From positions 11,966,001-12,030,000 of the forward strand of contig NC_135667.1 of the NCBI RefSeq assembly GCF_964188315.1: a DNA stretch of 64,000 bases, given 5' to 3'. This document shows, one piece after another, positions 52,639 through 63,490 of this stretch (positions are counted from its first letter, which is position 1; each line of letters begins with the position of its first letter). The stretch comes from Podarcis muralis. Taxonomy: Eukaryota. The notes under the pieces were generated by a model that was not told the origin of the DNA, did no database searches, and worked only from the letters and a program-made list of their open reading frames with translations. The position numbers were made by a program, and so were the translations under genes.

Positions 52639-52796
52639 CAGTGGCGTAGCGTGGGTTGTCAGCACCCGGGGCAAGGCAAGTAATTTGCGCCCCCTAACCC
52701 ATGGATTTGCGCCCCCTAACCCGTGGATTTGCCCTAACCCCAGATGTTGCGCCCGGTGCGGCTGGCCCCCCCTGCACCCCCCACGCTACACCACTG
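52639..52796. mobile_element. 158-bp non-autonomous hAT element
   Basis: 17-bp TIR CAGTGGCGTAGCGTGGG (1 mismatch); perfect 8-bp TSD CCCGTATG; internal GATTTGCGCCCCCTAACCC repeats. Confidence 0.85.
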
Positions 52797-53275
52797 CCCG
52801 TATGTAATAAGCGTATGTAATAAGCTAATTTCACGTGCACTGAAGTCTCTATCCTCTATGAGGCAAAATACATTATCAGAACATATTCCAGCTACAGGGA
52901 AAGGATGGGAAGCAGGGTTTGTGAGAGGTGCACTCTGGGGGGAGGGGATGTGGCAGAGAGGGGTTGCAGTGTGGGGAGTTTCCCAATGAACAGGTGGAGA
53001 GCCTATGAGGGCTGCATTTGAACCCAGGATATGTATTCCCCCACCAAGGCTCTGATGGAAAGGTAAAGAAGGTGTTGGTCTTAGAACTGCTTGCTCTCAG
53101 TACCCACAGGGATTGGACAACCACACAGAGCATCCCTCAGTGAAATGATGCAAATATTTAATAGAATTCCATCCTCAGTGAGAGAATGTGTTCCAGCAGG
53201 ACTCTCACTGTATTGTATCACCAGAGTTACTGAGTAGAAAGTCACATGCATAAATCTGAAATTAAGCATATATAC

Positions 53276-53630
53276 GCGGGTGGCGCTGTGGGTTAAACCA
53301 CAGAGCCAAGGGCTTGCCGATCAGAAGGTCGGTGGTTCAAATCCCCACAATGGGGTGAGCTCCCGTTGCTCAGTCCCAGCTCCTGCCAATCTAGCAGTTC
53401 GAAAGCACATCAAAGTGCAAGTAGATAAATAGATAAATAGGTACCGCTCTGGCGGGAAGGTAAACGGCATTCCCGTGCACTGCTCTGGTTCGCCAGAAGT
53501 GGCTTAGTCATGCTGGCCACATGACCCGGAAGTTGTACGCCGGCTCCCTCGACCAATAAAGCGAGATGAGCGCCCCAACCTCAAAGTCAGCCACGAGTGG
53601 ACCTAATGGTCAGGGGTCCCTTTACCTTTT
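53276..53630 (+). mobile_element. Sauria SINE
   Basis: Head CGCGGGTGGCGCTGTGGGTTAAACC, shared core, CCTTTACCTTT tail. Confidence 0.9.
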
Positions 53631-54413
53631 TATACTTAAACTGCATGTGCTTATGCCAATAAAGGTAAAACAAACAAATAAAACCCCTCCATGTGTGGAT
53701 GAAAAGGGCAGGGCTCATGAGTGATCTGTATAATACCCTGAGCTGGATTCAGAGTTTAGCATCCAGACAAGGCTAAAGGGGTTTCTTCTTAATACTCTCA
53801 GGAAACAGGAAATTAAATGTGAATTGAATCAGATTTCTACCTCATCCCTATGAGATGTGAATAAGGACCCAGTGAAGAAGCGGATATCTTTGGAACTAAA
53901 ATGATAGCACATGATGATTGGCCCAATGTTTATGTACGAAACCATTCTGGAACTGTACAAAGTCCAAGCATACATCTAAACTGTCATGAACTATCTTCCA
54001 GGCTCCTTCCACTGTCCACTTCCAACTTTTTAAAAAGTCTGCAAAAATATTTTTTACTAAGTTTCCCAAAGGAAAAAAAATAGTTGAAACTATTGATATG
54101 TTGGTTCATATCATCCATTTATTTGTAGGCCATTTTATAACCATGCTCTGCTTAAAGTTGCATAGTATGCAACACGTTAAGCAAACTTAGGCAACCACTA
54201 TGCCAACTGAAAACAGAATAGGAACAAATGTCTCTGTAGCACCGTGGATAAGTGAATACACAACAACAGTGTCAACAAAATTCCAGTACATAATTATATG
54301 AAACTTTAACACAAATCAAACATACTGTAATATTCTAATCCATCTGCTTGAAACCATTGGGAACAAGAACAGGGCGAAATACACAAATTAATTAGATTAC
54401 ATGTAAGGTCTAT

Positions 54414-54416
<3 letters not shown>

Positions 54417-54464
<48 letters not shown>
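54417..54464. repeat. (TTAG)n microsatellite
   Basis: Direct reading. Confidence 0.9.
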
Positions 54465-54465
<1 letters not shown>

Positions 54466-54564
54466 ATTCTATGCTGCCCTTCATTTTAACATCACAAGGC
54501 AGCTTAGAATATAAAAACATAGAATATGTACCATAATAAACAAAAACAATAACTTGCCACACAT

Positions 54565-54681
54565 CTGAAGGTAGCCCTGTTTAGGGAAGTTTTTAATGTT
54601 TGATATTTTATTCTGTTTTTAATATTCTGTTGGGAGCTGCCCAGAGTGGCTGTGGAAACCCAGTCAGATGGGCAGGGTATA

Positions 54682-54735
<54 letters not shown>

Positions 54736-54740
54736 TACTA
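54565..54740 (+). mobile_element. L2 3' terminus with (TAA)n tail
   Basis: Reverse complement of the ends at 38642 and 50265. Confidence 0.7.
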
Positions 54741-54924
54741 TTATTAAAAAGGCCACATATTGTTTAATTAGCCAAAGGCCTGGGAGAAGAGGAAATTTTG
54801 CCTGGCGCCTTAAGATATGTAATGAAGGCACCAGTGCCATAGGCTTGAAACATTTAATCTTATGTGGTGGAGGTTTTCATAGGTCAGATTAATGCCATTA
54901 AATGATTTACTAGTCAACAGACAA

Positions 54925-55053
54925 TCATTTCCTTAATGCTGTCTTCTTTATTAGTTGTTCCCTATTATTCAGCTTGGACCTCAATACTATGATATAGCAT
55001 TTTGGGGGAAATATACAGAGTAGCAATGCAGCCCCAGAAACCAATATAGAAAA
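54925..55053 (-). pseudogene. Orphan V2R TM7 + cytoplasmic tail fragment
   Basis: Hand translation [42 protein letters not shown] (43 codons, open frame), homologous to the end of exon 6; not in the ORF track because it is under 60 aa. Confidence 0.9.
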
Positions 55054-55357
55054 GTATTTGTTCAAATAGCAATAAAAAAACATGCAACATCTCTAATTAC
55101 ATAAAATAAAACGAGCATACATATTTTAAGCAGTAATTCAAACTCACACCTACAGTTCATTGAGTTTCCACTAAACTTTCTGTTAATGAGACCATATTTC
55201 CAAGAGCAAAGGCACAGAGTTTCATAAGCACGCAATGCTTGAAACCACAACATCTTATTAAAACTTATGGAGCATGTTAACAGGTAAATTATCGCTTCCA
55301 ATTGTCTTCACTCAGATATGCACAGTGCTAAACTTAGATTTACTTTACCATCCATTT

Positions 55358-56268
55358 TTAACTTCTTTTTCTCTTTTTCCCCATTAGCTGTTCTCTGCTG
55401 TTCAGTTCAGGCCTCAATAAAATAACATAGCATTTGGGGGAAAAGATGCAGCCTAATAAACCAGCAGTGGAGCCTAAAATGGAGAAGATCTCCACAGCCA
55501 CCATGTATTTGCCCTTGGTACTCAAGTAAGTTGGAACAAATGACAACCACACACTGCAAAAGACCAGCATGCTGAAGGTGATAAACTTGGCTTCATTAAA
55601 ACTGTCAGGCAACTTCCTGGCTAAGAAGGCCACAGTGAAGCTGACAATGGCCAGGAAACCCATATAGCCCAGGACGCAATAAAACATACTGACTGACCCT
55701 TGATTACATTCCAGTACAATTTCTTTAGTCATGGAGTGCATGTCCAAATCTGGGAATGGGGGAAAGGTTGAGAGCCACACAGTGCAAATGGTGGTTTGAA
55801 TCATGGAACAGCACAGAACAATGGAGTTGGCCAGTTGTTTCCCCATCCAGCTTCTTATCCTGGAGCCTGGTTTTGTAGCTACGAAAGCTAGAACCACAAT
55901 GATTGTCTTGGCCAAAATACAAGAAACAGCCACTGAGAAGATGATGCCAAAGGCAGTTTGTTGAAGGAAACATGTCAGCCTTGAAGGTTGCCCAGTAAAT
56001 AGCAATGTACAAAGGAAGGAGAGCACGATGGAGATAAGGAGAGTGAAGGTGAGCTCTTTGTTATTGGCTTTCACTATGGGAGTTTTCTGGTGCTTAATGA
56101 AGATGCAAAGCACCAAAACTGTGATGAAGGAAAAGAAAAGAGCAATAATAGCCAGAGTAAGCCCCAAAGGCTCTTCATATGACAGGAAGGTCACAGCTTT
56201 TGGGGTGCACATATCCTGGTCACTGTTTGGATAATGATCTTCTGGACAGATGAAACAGTCATCCATGT
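55358..56268 (-). CDS. V2R gene E exon 6 (7TM)
   Basis: ORF 55358..56266 [14 protein letters not shown]...MGKKRKRS*; 911 nt. Confidence 0.96.
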
Positions 56269-56865
56269 CTGTAAAAGAAATCGTTGGTTACATTTCATGT
56301 ATGTAGAGCACTATTGTCATCATTCCAATATCACAAAGTCTTAAATAAAGTTGGCAGATTGAAAAAAAAAATTTTTTTAGCCTTCTCATGTAGTTATTTT
56401 CCAGAAGCTATAGTCAGCCTTGAGCAGCAGTAGCCAACATACTGAGCAAAGAATGCTCAGCTCTGTCCTGAAATCCAGATTTGATCATTACCTCTTTGTT
56501 CCCTGCGCATAACATACCATTTCTTGGTTTCTGAGAATTATGCATGGGCTTTATCCATATAATGTATCTGGCTGATATCCATATTGTGGACTCAGTTCTG
56601 AGGAACTCTCTTCTAGCTGAGATCAGCCAGACACTTCAGGTGCTTGATGAATACATTCCTATTTCAGCAGACATTTTAAGGATTTCCTGTTTTTATTATT
56701 AATTGCAATTTTATTTTACCCGTGGTATGCTTTTTGTAATCTTTATGTACATTGCTTAGAAATTTGGGTGATTAAGCAGCATATATAGCTGAAATGGAAA
56801 AAATGAAAGGGCACAAAATTAAGTAGCCAATATATTTGATATGCTCTGTATATAACATCTCATAC

Positions 56866-56992
56866 CCTTCTGGTTGGAAATCTTGCCCTCTGGACAGCGG
56901 AGACAATCATAGCAGCAAAATGGCTTCCCTTCCTTCTTTGACTTACTATAACCTGAGCGACAGTTGTCATTACACTGAGAAAGTGGCTTTGC
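56866..56992 (-). CDS. V2R gene E exon 5
   Basis: [42 protein letters not shown]; 127 nt. Confidence 0.93.
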
Positions 56993-57273
56993 CTGTCCAT
57001 GAATGAGAGATTAGAAAAAACATTAAACATTAAAAAGACTTCCCTATACAGGGCTGCCTTCAGATGACTTGGGGGTCGGATAACTCCATATCCACCAATA
57101 TTTCTCCAATGAATATAGGGACATCCTAAAGAAAAGTGGGACATTCCAGGATCAAATCAGAAACCAGGATGGCTTCTCTAAATCAGGGACGTCCCTGGAA
57201 AATAGGAACACTTGGAGGGTCTGCAATATGCTACATTCTAGCCATGAAAAAGTCAGAGGTTTCGAAACACATA

Positions 57274-57474
57274 CCGTATTTTTCGCTCTATAGGACACAC
57301 TTTTCCCCATCCAAAAATGAAGGGGAAATGTGTGTGCGTCCTATGGAGCGAATGCAGGCTTTCGCTGAAGCCTGGAGAGTGAGAGGGGGAGAACAAGAAC
57401 CCCCCCCCCTTCTCCCCCTCCTATGGTCCGGTGCGTCCTATGGCCCGGTGCGTCCAATAGAGCGAAAAACATGG
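57274..57474. mobile_element. Tc1/mariner (Tc2/pogo-like) MITE
   Basis: TA|CCGTATTTTTCGCTCTA ... TAGAGCGAAAAACATGG|TA. Confidence 0.78.
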
Positions 57475-57877
57475 TACACATGTATGTCCCTCCTCCACCC
57501 ATACTAGCAAGAGTCATGATTACAGTTCAAGGGCACATTCCAGCCAGCAAACATACTCAGGAAGGGCGAGTGAGGGGTGTGGGAAAGTTTTAAGGGGAGG
57601 AAAGATAGGAATGCATTCCTCTGTTCGTATGCTGAACTGTGCAGCTGTGGACGAACACTGAAAGTTCAGCTAGGACTGAATGATGTACCCTGTGCTGAAA
57701 CCAAATGTAACATTGTGACTGCTTCTAGTCACAGAGGAAATTTGTAGAAGGTATTCTGATGCAGAGTGTGTCTGCATTTGAGGTTCACCACCATAAAACT
57801 TCCAGTTTGCTATAAGCTTTTTTCAAAAAATATATTTTTGAACATTGGGGAAGCTATTTGTTTATCGCCAAATGTAC

Positions 57878-58102
57878 CTGGTTAAATCTATTGGGCCATT
57901 GGATGGCATCTTCACAAATGAATAATTTGTCCAGGGAAGCCTGTGATGCTATCTGTCCAACCGTGACTCTAAGAAAGGAGTGGTTTGGGAATGTGATCCA
58001 GTTGATAATATCAAATCCAGCAATTAAATTCCCCTTTTGGTCAAAGGAAACCTTTTCTCCAGCACTGTTGTTAAATGATAAATGTTTTAGATAATGGTGA
58101 AG
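57878..58102 (-). CDS. V2R gene E exon 4
   Basis: LHHYLKHLSFNNSAGEKVSFDQKG...WPNRFNQ; 225 nt (one codon shorter than A-D). Confidence 0.92.
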
Positions 58103-58111
58103 CTAAATTAG

Positions 58112-58146
<35 letters not shown>

Positions 58147-58280
58147 AGATCAAAAGTATCTATCATAAGTAACAGAGATGCATGAGGATAATGATCCTTT
58201 ACTACAGAAAGGAGGAGAACTACCAAAGTTCTGATTCTTATAAGGACTGACCTGATCTTATCTGGAGGGATCAGTGTATA

Positions 58281-58512
58281 CAGTGGTACCTCGGGTTACA
58301 TACGCTTCAGGTTACAGACTCCGCTAACCCAGAAATTGTACCTCAGGTTAAGACCTTTACTACCCAGAAATCGCTAACCCAGAAATCGTGCTCCGGCGGC
58401 GCGGCAGCAACGGGAGGCCCCATTAGCTAAAGTGTTGCTTCAGGTTAAGAACAGTTTCAGGTTGAGAACGGACCTCCAGAACGAATTAAGTATTTAACCC
58501 GAGGTACCACTG
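58281..58512. mobile_element. Tc1/mariner-type MITE
   Basis: TA|CAGTGGTACCTCGGGTTA ... TAACCCGAGGTACCACTG|TA. Confidence 0.88.
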
Positions 58513-59110
58513 TACTTTTATCTCCTTTATTGTTATTTTCATAAGATATACCACTTGAATTTAAAAGAAACCCTTAAGGTGGTTTACAAAAAAAACCCCA
58601 AAACAGATTACTTTGTATCAGAGGTGCACTCCAGATCCTACACATTTCTGGATTCTCATTCACTTGCATGTTCCTAAATGACGGGGTGTGAAGGCTGTCT
58701 CTATGTTGTCTTGGTTGTCATAGCCACAGGCCCATGGCTAGATAGCTTGTGGAGCTTCTGCTGCCACACTTCTTGACACCAAAGCAAGTCACCCTGGCAC
58801 TGATGTGTCTTGATCACATGTCATCTCTATCATGGGAAATTGTGTGTGTCCAACCACTTTGAAAAAGTATGTTAAATATGTAAAAAAAATCCCCCTGTGA
58901 GTAATATAATCAAGAACCATTGGTGTTTATGAGTACGGATGCATGAATTATCCCAAACTCATTAGGAATTGATGAGAGAGAGAAATAGGGAAGCTATGTT
59001 ACTGCCACTGCTAATGGTGAAGTCCATCATCACCAACTGTTGGAGAATTTCTTCCCCTCCTGGAGAAATGTGGCTTGGAGGGGAATAGAGTAGGATGGAG
59101 AATTTCAAGA

Positions 59111-59364
59111 GTGGCTGTTTAGCTGCTCTCTCTGGGCAAAGGTCAGAGGGGGCAGGGCTTCTGTTGAGGTAGGTGATTAGCTGTGGGAGGAGCTTATCAG
59201 AGCCTTAGGGCAGCGGCTGAAGAAGGAACAAAAAGGGTTTTCCTGTGTGAGTTTCTTGTGGCTGTTTAGCTGCTCTCTCTGGGCAAAGGTCAGAGGGGGC
59301 AGGGCTTCTGTTGAGGTAGGTGATTAGCTGTGGGAGGAGCTTATCAGAGCCTTAGGGCAGCGGC
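59111..59364 (+). repeat. Direct repeat in CR1 5' UTR: two 107-bp copies, period 147 bp
   Basis: GTGGCTGTTTAGCTGC...AGGGCAGCGGC at 59111..59217 and 59258..59364, no mismatch seen by eye. Confidence 0.92.
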
Positions 59365-59534
59365 GCGCGCCTAGCGGCGCGCGCAGTTTGATCCATATTT
59401 TAGATTTAGGGGAGCTAGTCTCAAACATTTGTTGGGGGAGACCTAGGTTTTTTTGGGAGGGATTTATTTGTCCTGTCTCCACACTTTTTATGATAGAGGA
59501 CCACTGTAGTCACCCCCAACGACACGTTCCCAAG

Positions 59535-60563
59535 ATGGAGGGTGAGGGAACAGCTGCAGTCGCCTGTGGTTCCTGCACAATGTTTGCCATCTTGCCAAAG
59601 GTTGCAGGCAGCTTTACCTGCAGCAATTGCATGTTGATTGCCCTCTTAAAAGACAAAGTCCAGCAACTGGAGGAACATGTAGCTACGCTCCAAAGAATTA
59701 GAGAGCTGGAACTCTTCTTGGAAGCAACAGAGCACACCGTCTCCACCAAGGAAGAGACAGGGGACTCCCCTGAGAAGGTGGCTAGTTCACCAACACAGGA
59801 GCCAGATATATGGAGAAACGTGACTCAAAGAAGTAGGAGGCCCAGGGTTCGCTCTGATTGTTTAGAAATACGCAATCGCTTTGAGGTCCTTTCCCCTAGC
59901 ATGGAAGACGAAGAGCAGACTCCATTTGAGGATCTCTCCCTCATTACAGTCGATCAGGTATATGAAGACGAGGAGCAAAGGCAGTCCTCTGGGAATGTCC
60001 AGGCGACCTTGGAACCGACAGCTCACAGAAGAACCCCGACCAGACCTAAGAGGAGGCGTGTAGTGGTGATAGGGGATTCCCTACTGAGGGGAACAGAAGC
60101 AGTGATCTGTGGGCCTGACAAGATGTCTCGGGAAGTGTGCTGTCTCCCCGGGGCTAAGATCCAAGATGTAACTGAACGACTGCAAGGAATCATAAAACCC
60201 ACTGACAAATACCCCTTCCTCTTGGTTCATGTGGGAACCAATGACACTGCAAGCAATAGCCTCCAGAAGATCAAAAGAGATTACGAGGCTCTGGGCAGGA
60301 AATTGAAGCAATTAAATGCACAAATTGTCATCTCATCTGTCCTCCCAGTTGAACGATGTGGCCCAGGGAGAGAGGGAAAAATAGTGGAAGTGAACAACTG
60401 GCTTCGCAAATGGTGCAAACAGGAACGGTTTGGATTCTTAGATCACGGAATGCAGTTTCTTGAAGATGGACTTCTGGCAAGCGATGGGCTGCACCTCACA
60501 ACGGTTGGGAGGAATGTTTTTGCAAAAAATCTCAGAAACCTCATCAGGAGGGCTTTAAACTGA
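59535..60563 (+). CDS. CR1 ORF1 (N-terminal Cys cluster, coiled coil, SGNH/GDSL esterase)
   Basis: CGSC...CSNC; [17 protein letters not shown] esterase blocks; another in-frame ATG at 59490. Confidence 0.9.
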   Translation: MEGEGTAAVACGSCTMFAILPKVAGSFTCSNCMLIALLKDKVQQLEEHVATLQRIRELELFLEATEHTVSTKEETGDSPEKVASSPTQEPDIWRNVTQRSRRPRVRSDCLEIRNRFEVLSPSMEDEEQTPFEDLSLITVDQVYEDEEQRQSSGNVQATLEPTAHRRTPTRPKRRRVVVIGDSLLRGTEAVICGPDKMSREVCCLPGAKIQDVTERLQGIIKPTDKYPFLLVHVGTNDTASNSLQKIKRDYEALGRKLKQLNAQIVISSVLPVERCGPGREGKIVEVNNWLRKWCKQERFGFLDHGMQFLEDGLLASDGLHLTTVGRNVFAKNLRNLIRRALN

Positions 60564-60568
60564 CTAAT

Positions 60569-63490
60569 GTGGGGGAGGGAGACAGTGCTCCTGAAGGTAG
60601 GAGTCTATCAATTGATGAAGATGATCATCCAAATGTCATAGACCGAATGGAGCAAAGAGCATGCAGACCTAGTGGTGGGAGGAGAAAATCCTTAAATAAG
60701 AGACACGGGGGAATGATTAATGGACTTCAATGTCTGTACACTAATGCGCAAAGCATGGGAAATAAACAAGATGAGCTTGAGCTCCTGGTACAGCAAACTA
60801 AATATGACATAATAGGAATCACTGAAACCTGGTGGGATAAATCCCACGATTGGAATGTAATAATGGAGGGATACAATCTATTTCAAAGAAACAGACCAGA
60901 CAAGAAAGGAGGAGGAGTGGCGTTATATGTCAGGGATGTGTATACCTGTGAAGAGATCCAAGATTTAGAACCTCAAAGCCAAAGTGAGAGCATTTGGGTC
61001 AAAATTAAGGGAGAGAAGAATAACAGTGACCTCATTGTGGGAGTTTACTATAGATCCCCAAGCCAAACGGAGGACATAGATGATGCCTTCCTGGAACAGA
61101 TGGCCAAGCATGCAAAAGGAAGGGAGATAGTAGTAATGGGGGACTTCAATTACCCGGATATTTGTTGGATGTCAAACTCAGCCAAGAGCATAAGGTCAAA
61201 CAGATTCCTCACTGCCCTTGCAGACAACTTCATTGTCCAGAAAGTGGGAGAAGCAACAAGAGGAACAGCCATTTTAGATCTGGTCCTAACCAATGTTGAT
61301 GACCTGGTTAGTGGGGTAGAAGTGGAAGGATCATTAGGCGCGAGTGATCATGCTCTTCTGAAGTTTACTATACAGCGGAAAGGAGCAGCCACGCATACTA
61401 GGACTCAATTTCTCGACTTTAAGAAAGCCGACTTCATAAAGCTTAGGGAAGTGCTGGGTGAGATCCCATGGACAGTAATACTAAAAGGAAAGGGAGTTCA
61501 AGATGGCTGGGAGTTTGTTAAGAGGGAGATAGTAAAAGCACAACTTCAGGCAATACCAATGAGACGGAAACATGGAAGGTGCCTAAAGAAGCCAGGGTGG
61601 CTATCTAAAGAACTTTTAACTGAGTTAAGATTAAAAAAGGATGTGTACAAAAAATGGAAAAGGGGGGAAACCACCAAAGAGGAATTCAAACAAATAGCCA
61701 GCACGTGTAGACACAAAGTCAGAAAAGCTAAAGCACAAAATGAACTCAGGCTTGCTAGAGAGGTTAAAAGCAACAAAAAAGGCTTTTATGGGTATGTTCG
61801 TAGCAAAAGGAAGAACAAAGAAACCGTGGGGTCACTCAGAGGAGAAGATGGTGAAATGCAAACAGGGGACACAGAAAGGGCTGAACTCCTCAATGCCTTC
61901 TTTGCCTCAGTCTTCTCCGATAAAGAAAACAATGCCCGACCTGAAGAATTTGGAGCAAATGATTCAGCAGAGGAAACACAGCCCAGAATAACTAAGGAGA
62001 TAGTACAAGAATACTTGGCTAGTCTAGATGTATTCAAGTCTCCAGGGCCAGATGAACTGCATCCAAGAGTATTAAAAGAACTGGCAGATGTGATTTCAGA
62101 ACCACTGGCAGTCATCTTTGAGAATTCCTGGAGAACAGGCGAAGTCCCGGCAGACTGGAGGAGGGCAAATGTTGTCCCTATTTTCAAAAAAGGGAAAAGA
62201 GAGGACCCAAATAATTACCGCCCAGTCAGTCTGACATCAATACCAGGGAAGATTCTGGAGCAGATCATTAAGCAAACAGTCTGTGAGCACCTAGAAAGGA
62301 ATGCTGTGATCACCAATAGTCAGCATGGATTTCTGAAAAATAAGTCATGTCAGACTAACCTGATCTCGTTTTTTGACAGAATTACAAGCCTGGTAGATGA
62401 AGGGAACGCAGTGGATGTAGTCTACCTTGATTTCAGCAAGGCATTTGACAAGGTGCCCCATGATATTCTTGTAAAGAAGCTGGTAAAATGCGGTCTTGAC
62501 TATGCTACCACTCAGTGGATTTGTAACTGGCTGACTGACCGAACCCAAAGGGTGCTCATCAATGGTTCCTCTTCATCCTGGAGAAGAGTGACTAGTGGGG
62601 TGCCACAGGGTTCTGTCTTGGGCCCGGTCTTATTCAACATCTTTATCAACGACTTGGATGATGGACTCAAGGGCATCCTGATCAAATTTGCAGATGACAC
62701 CAAACTGGGAGGGGTGGCTAACACCCCAGAGGACAGGATCACACTTCAAAACGACCTTGACAGATTAGAGAACTGGGCCAAAACAAACAAGATGAATTTT
62801 AACAGGGAGAAATGTAAAGTATTGCACTTGGGCAAAAAAAATGAGAGGCACAAATACAAGATGGGTGACACCTGGCTTGAGAGCAGTACATGTGAAAAGG
62901 ATCTAGGAGTCTTGGTTGACCACAAACTTGACATGAGCCAACAGTGTGACGCGGCAGCTAAAAAAGCCAATGCAATTCTGGGCCTCATCAATAGGAGTAT
63001 AGCATCTAGATCAAGGGAAGTAATAGTGCCACTGTATTCTGCTCTGGTCAGACCTCACCTGGAGTACTGTGTCCAGTTCTGGGCACCACAGTTCAAGAAG
63101 GACACTGACAAACTGGAACGTGTCCAGAGGAGGGCAACCAAAATGGTCAAAGGCCTGGAAATGATGCCTTATGAGGAACGGCTAAGGGAGCTGGGCATGT
63201 TTAGCCTGGAGAAGAGGAGGTTAAGGGGTGATATGATAGCCATGTTCAAATATATAAAAGGATGTCACATAGAGGAGGGAGAAAGGCTGTTTTCTGCTGC
63301 TCCAGAGAAGCGGACACGGAGCAATGGATCCAAACTACAAGAAAGAAGATTCCACCTAAACATTAGGAAGAACTTCCTGACAGTAAGAGCTGTTCGACAG
63401 TGGAATTTGCTGCCAAGGAGTGTGGTGGAGTCTCCTTCTTTGGAGGTCTTTAAGCAGAGGCTTGACAACCATATGTCAGGAGTGCTCTGA
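60569..63490 (+). CDS. CR1 ORF2 (APE endonuclease + reverse transcriptase)
   Basis: 973 codons without a stop; YTNAQS, ITETWW, MGDFN, SDH (endonuclease); [32 protein letters not shown] (RT); first ATG at 60647. Confidence 0.96.
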   Translation: MGEGDSAPEGRSLSIDEDDHPNVIDRMEQRACRPSGGRRKSLNKRHGGMINGLQCLYTNAQSMGNKQDELELLVQQTKYDIIGITETWWDKSHDWNVIMEGYNLFQRNRPDKKGGGVALYVRDVYTCEEIQDLEPQSQSESIWVKIKGEKNNSDLIVGVYYRSPSQTEDIDDAFLEQMAKHAKGREIVVMGDFNYPDICWMSNSAKSIRSNRFLTALADNFIVQKVGEATRGTAILDLVLTNVDDLVSGVEVEGSLGASDHALLKFTIQRKGAATHTRTQFLDFKKADFIKLREVLGEIPWTVILKGKGVQDGWEFVKREIVKAQLQAIPMRRKHGRCLKKPGWLSKELLTELRLKKDVYKKWKRGETTKEEFKQIASTCRHKVRKAKAQNELRLAREVKSNKKGFYGYVRSKRKNKETVGSLRGEDGEMQTGDTERAELLNAFFASVFSDKENNARPEEFGANDSAEETQPRITKEIVQEYLASLDVFKSPGPDELHPRVLKELADVISEPLAVIFENSWRTGEVPADWRRANVVPIFKKGKREDPNNYRPVSLTSIPGKILEQIIKQTVCEHLERNAVITNSQHGFLKNKSCQTNLISFFDRITSLVDEGNAVDVVYLDFSKAFDKVPHDILVKKLVKCGLDYATTQWICNWLTDRTQRVLINGSSSSWRRVTSGVPQGSVLGPVLFNIFINDLDDGLKGILIKFADDTKLGGVANTPEDRITLQNDLDRLENWAKTNKMNFNREKCKVLHLGKKNERHKYKMGDTWLESSTCEKDLGVLVDHKLDMSQQCDAAAKKANAILGLINRSIASRSREVIVPLYSALVRPHLEYCVQFWAPQFKKDTDKLERVQRRATKMVKGLEMMPYEERLRELGMFSLEKRRLRGDMIAMFKYIKGCHIEEGERLFSAAPEKRTRSNGSKLQERRFHLNIRKNFLTVRAVRQWNLLPRSVVESPSLEVFKQRLDNHMSGVL

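Noticed and set aside
52680-52742. Short direct repeats and CCCTAA motifs resembling a CRISPR array or telomere seed
   Set aside because: Two to three imperfect units without spacers inside a hAT MITE in a vertebrate genome
38642-54740. Inverted L2 3' ends flanking gene D as possible inversion breakpoints
   Set aside because: L2 tails are abundant here (at least five) and these two are not notably similar to each other
59388-59489. N-terminal extension of CR1 ORF1 in the ORF track
   Set aside because: Starts at TTG within the 5' UTR; the first ATGs are at 59490 and 59535
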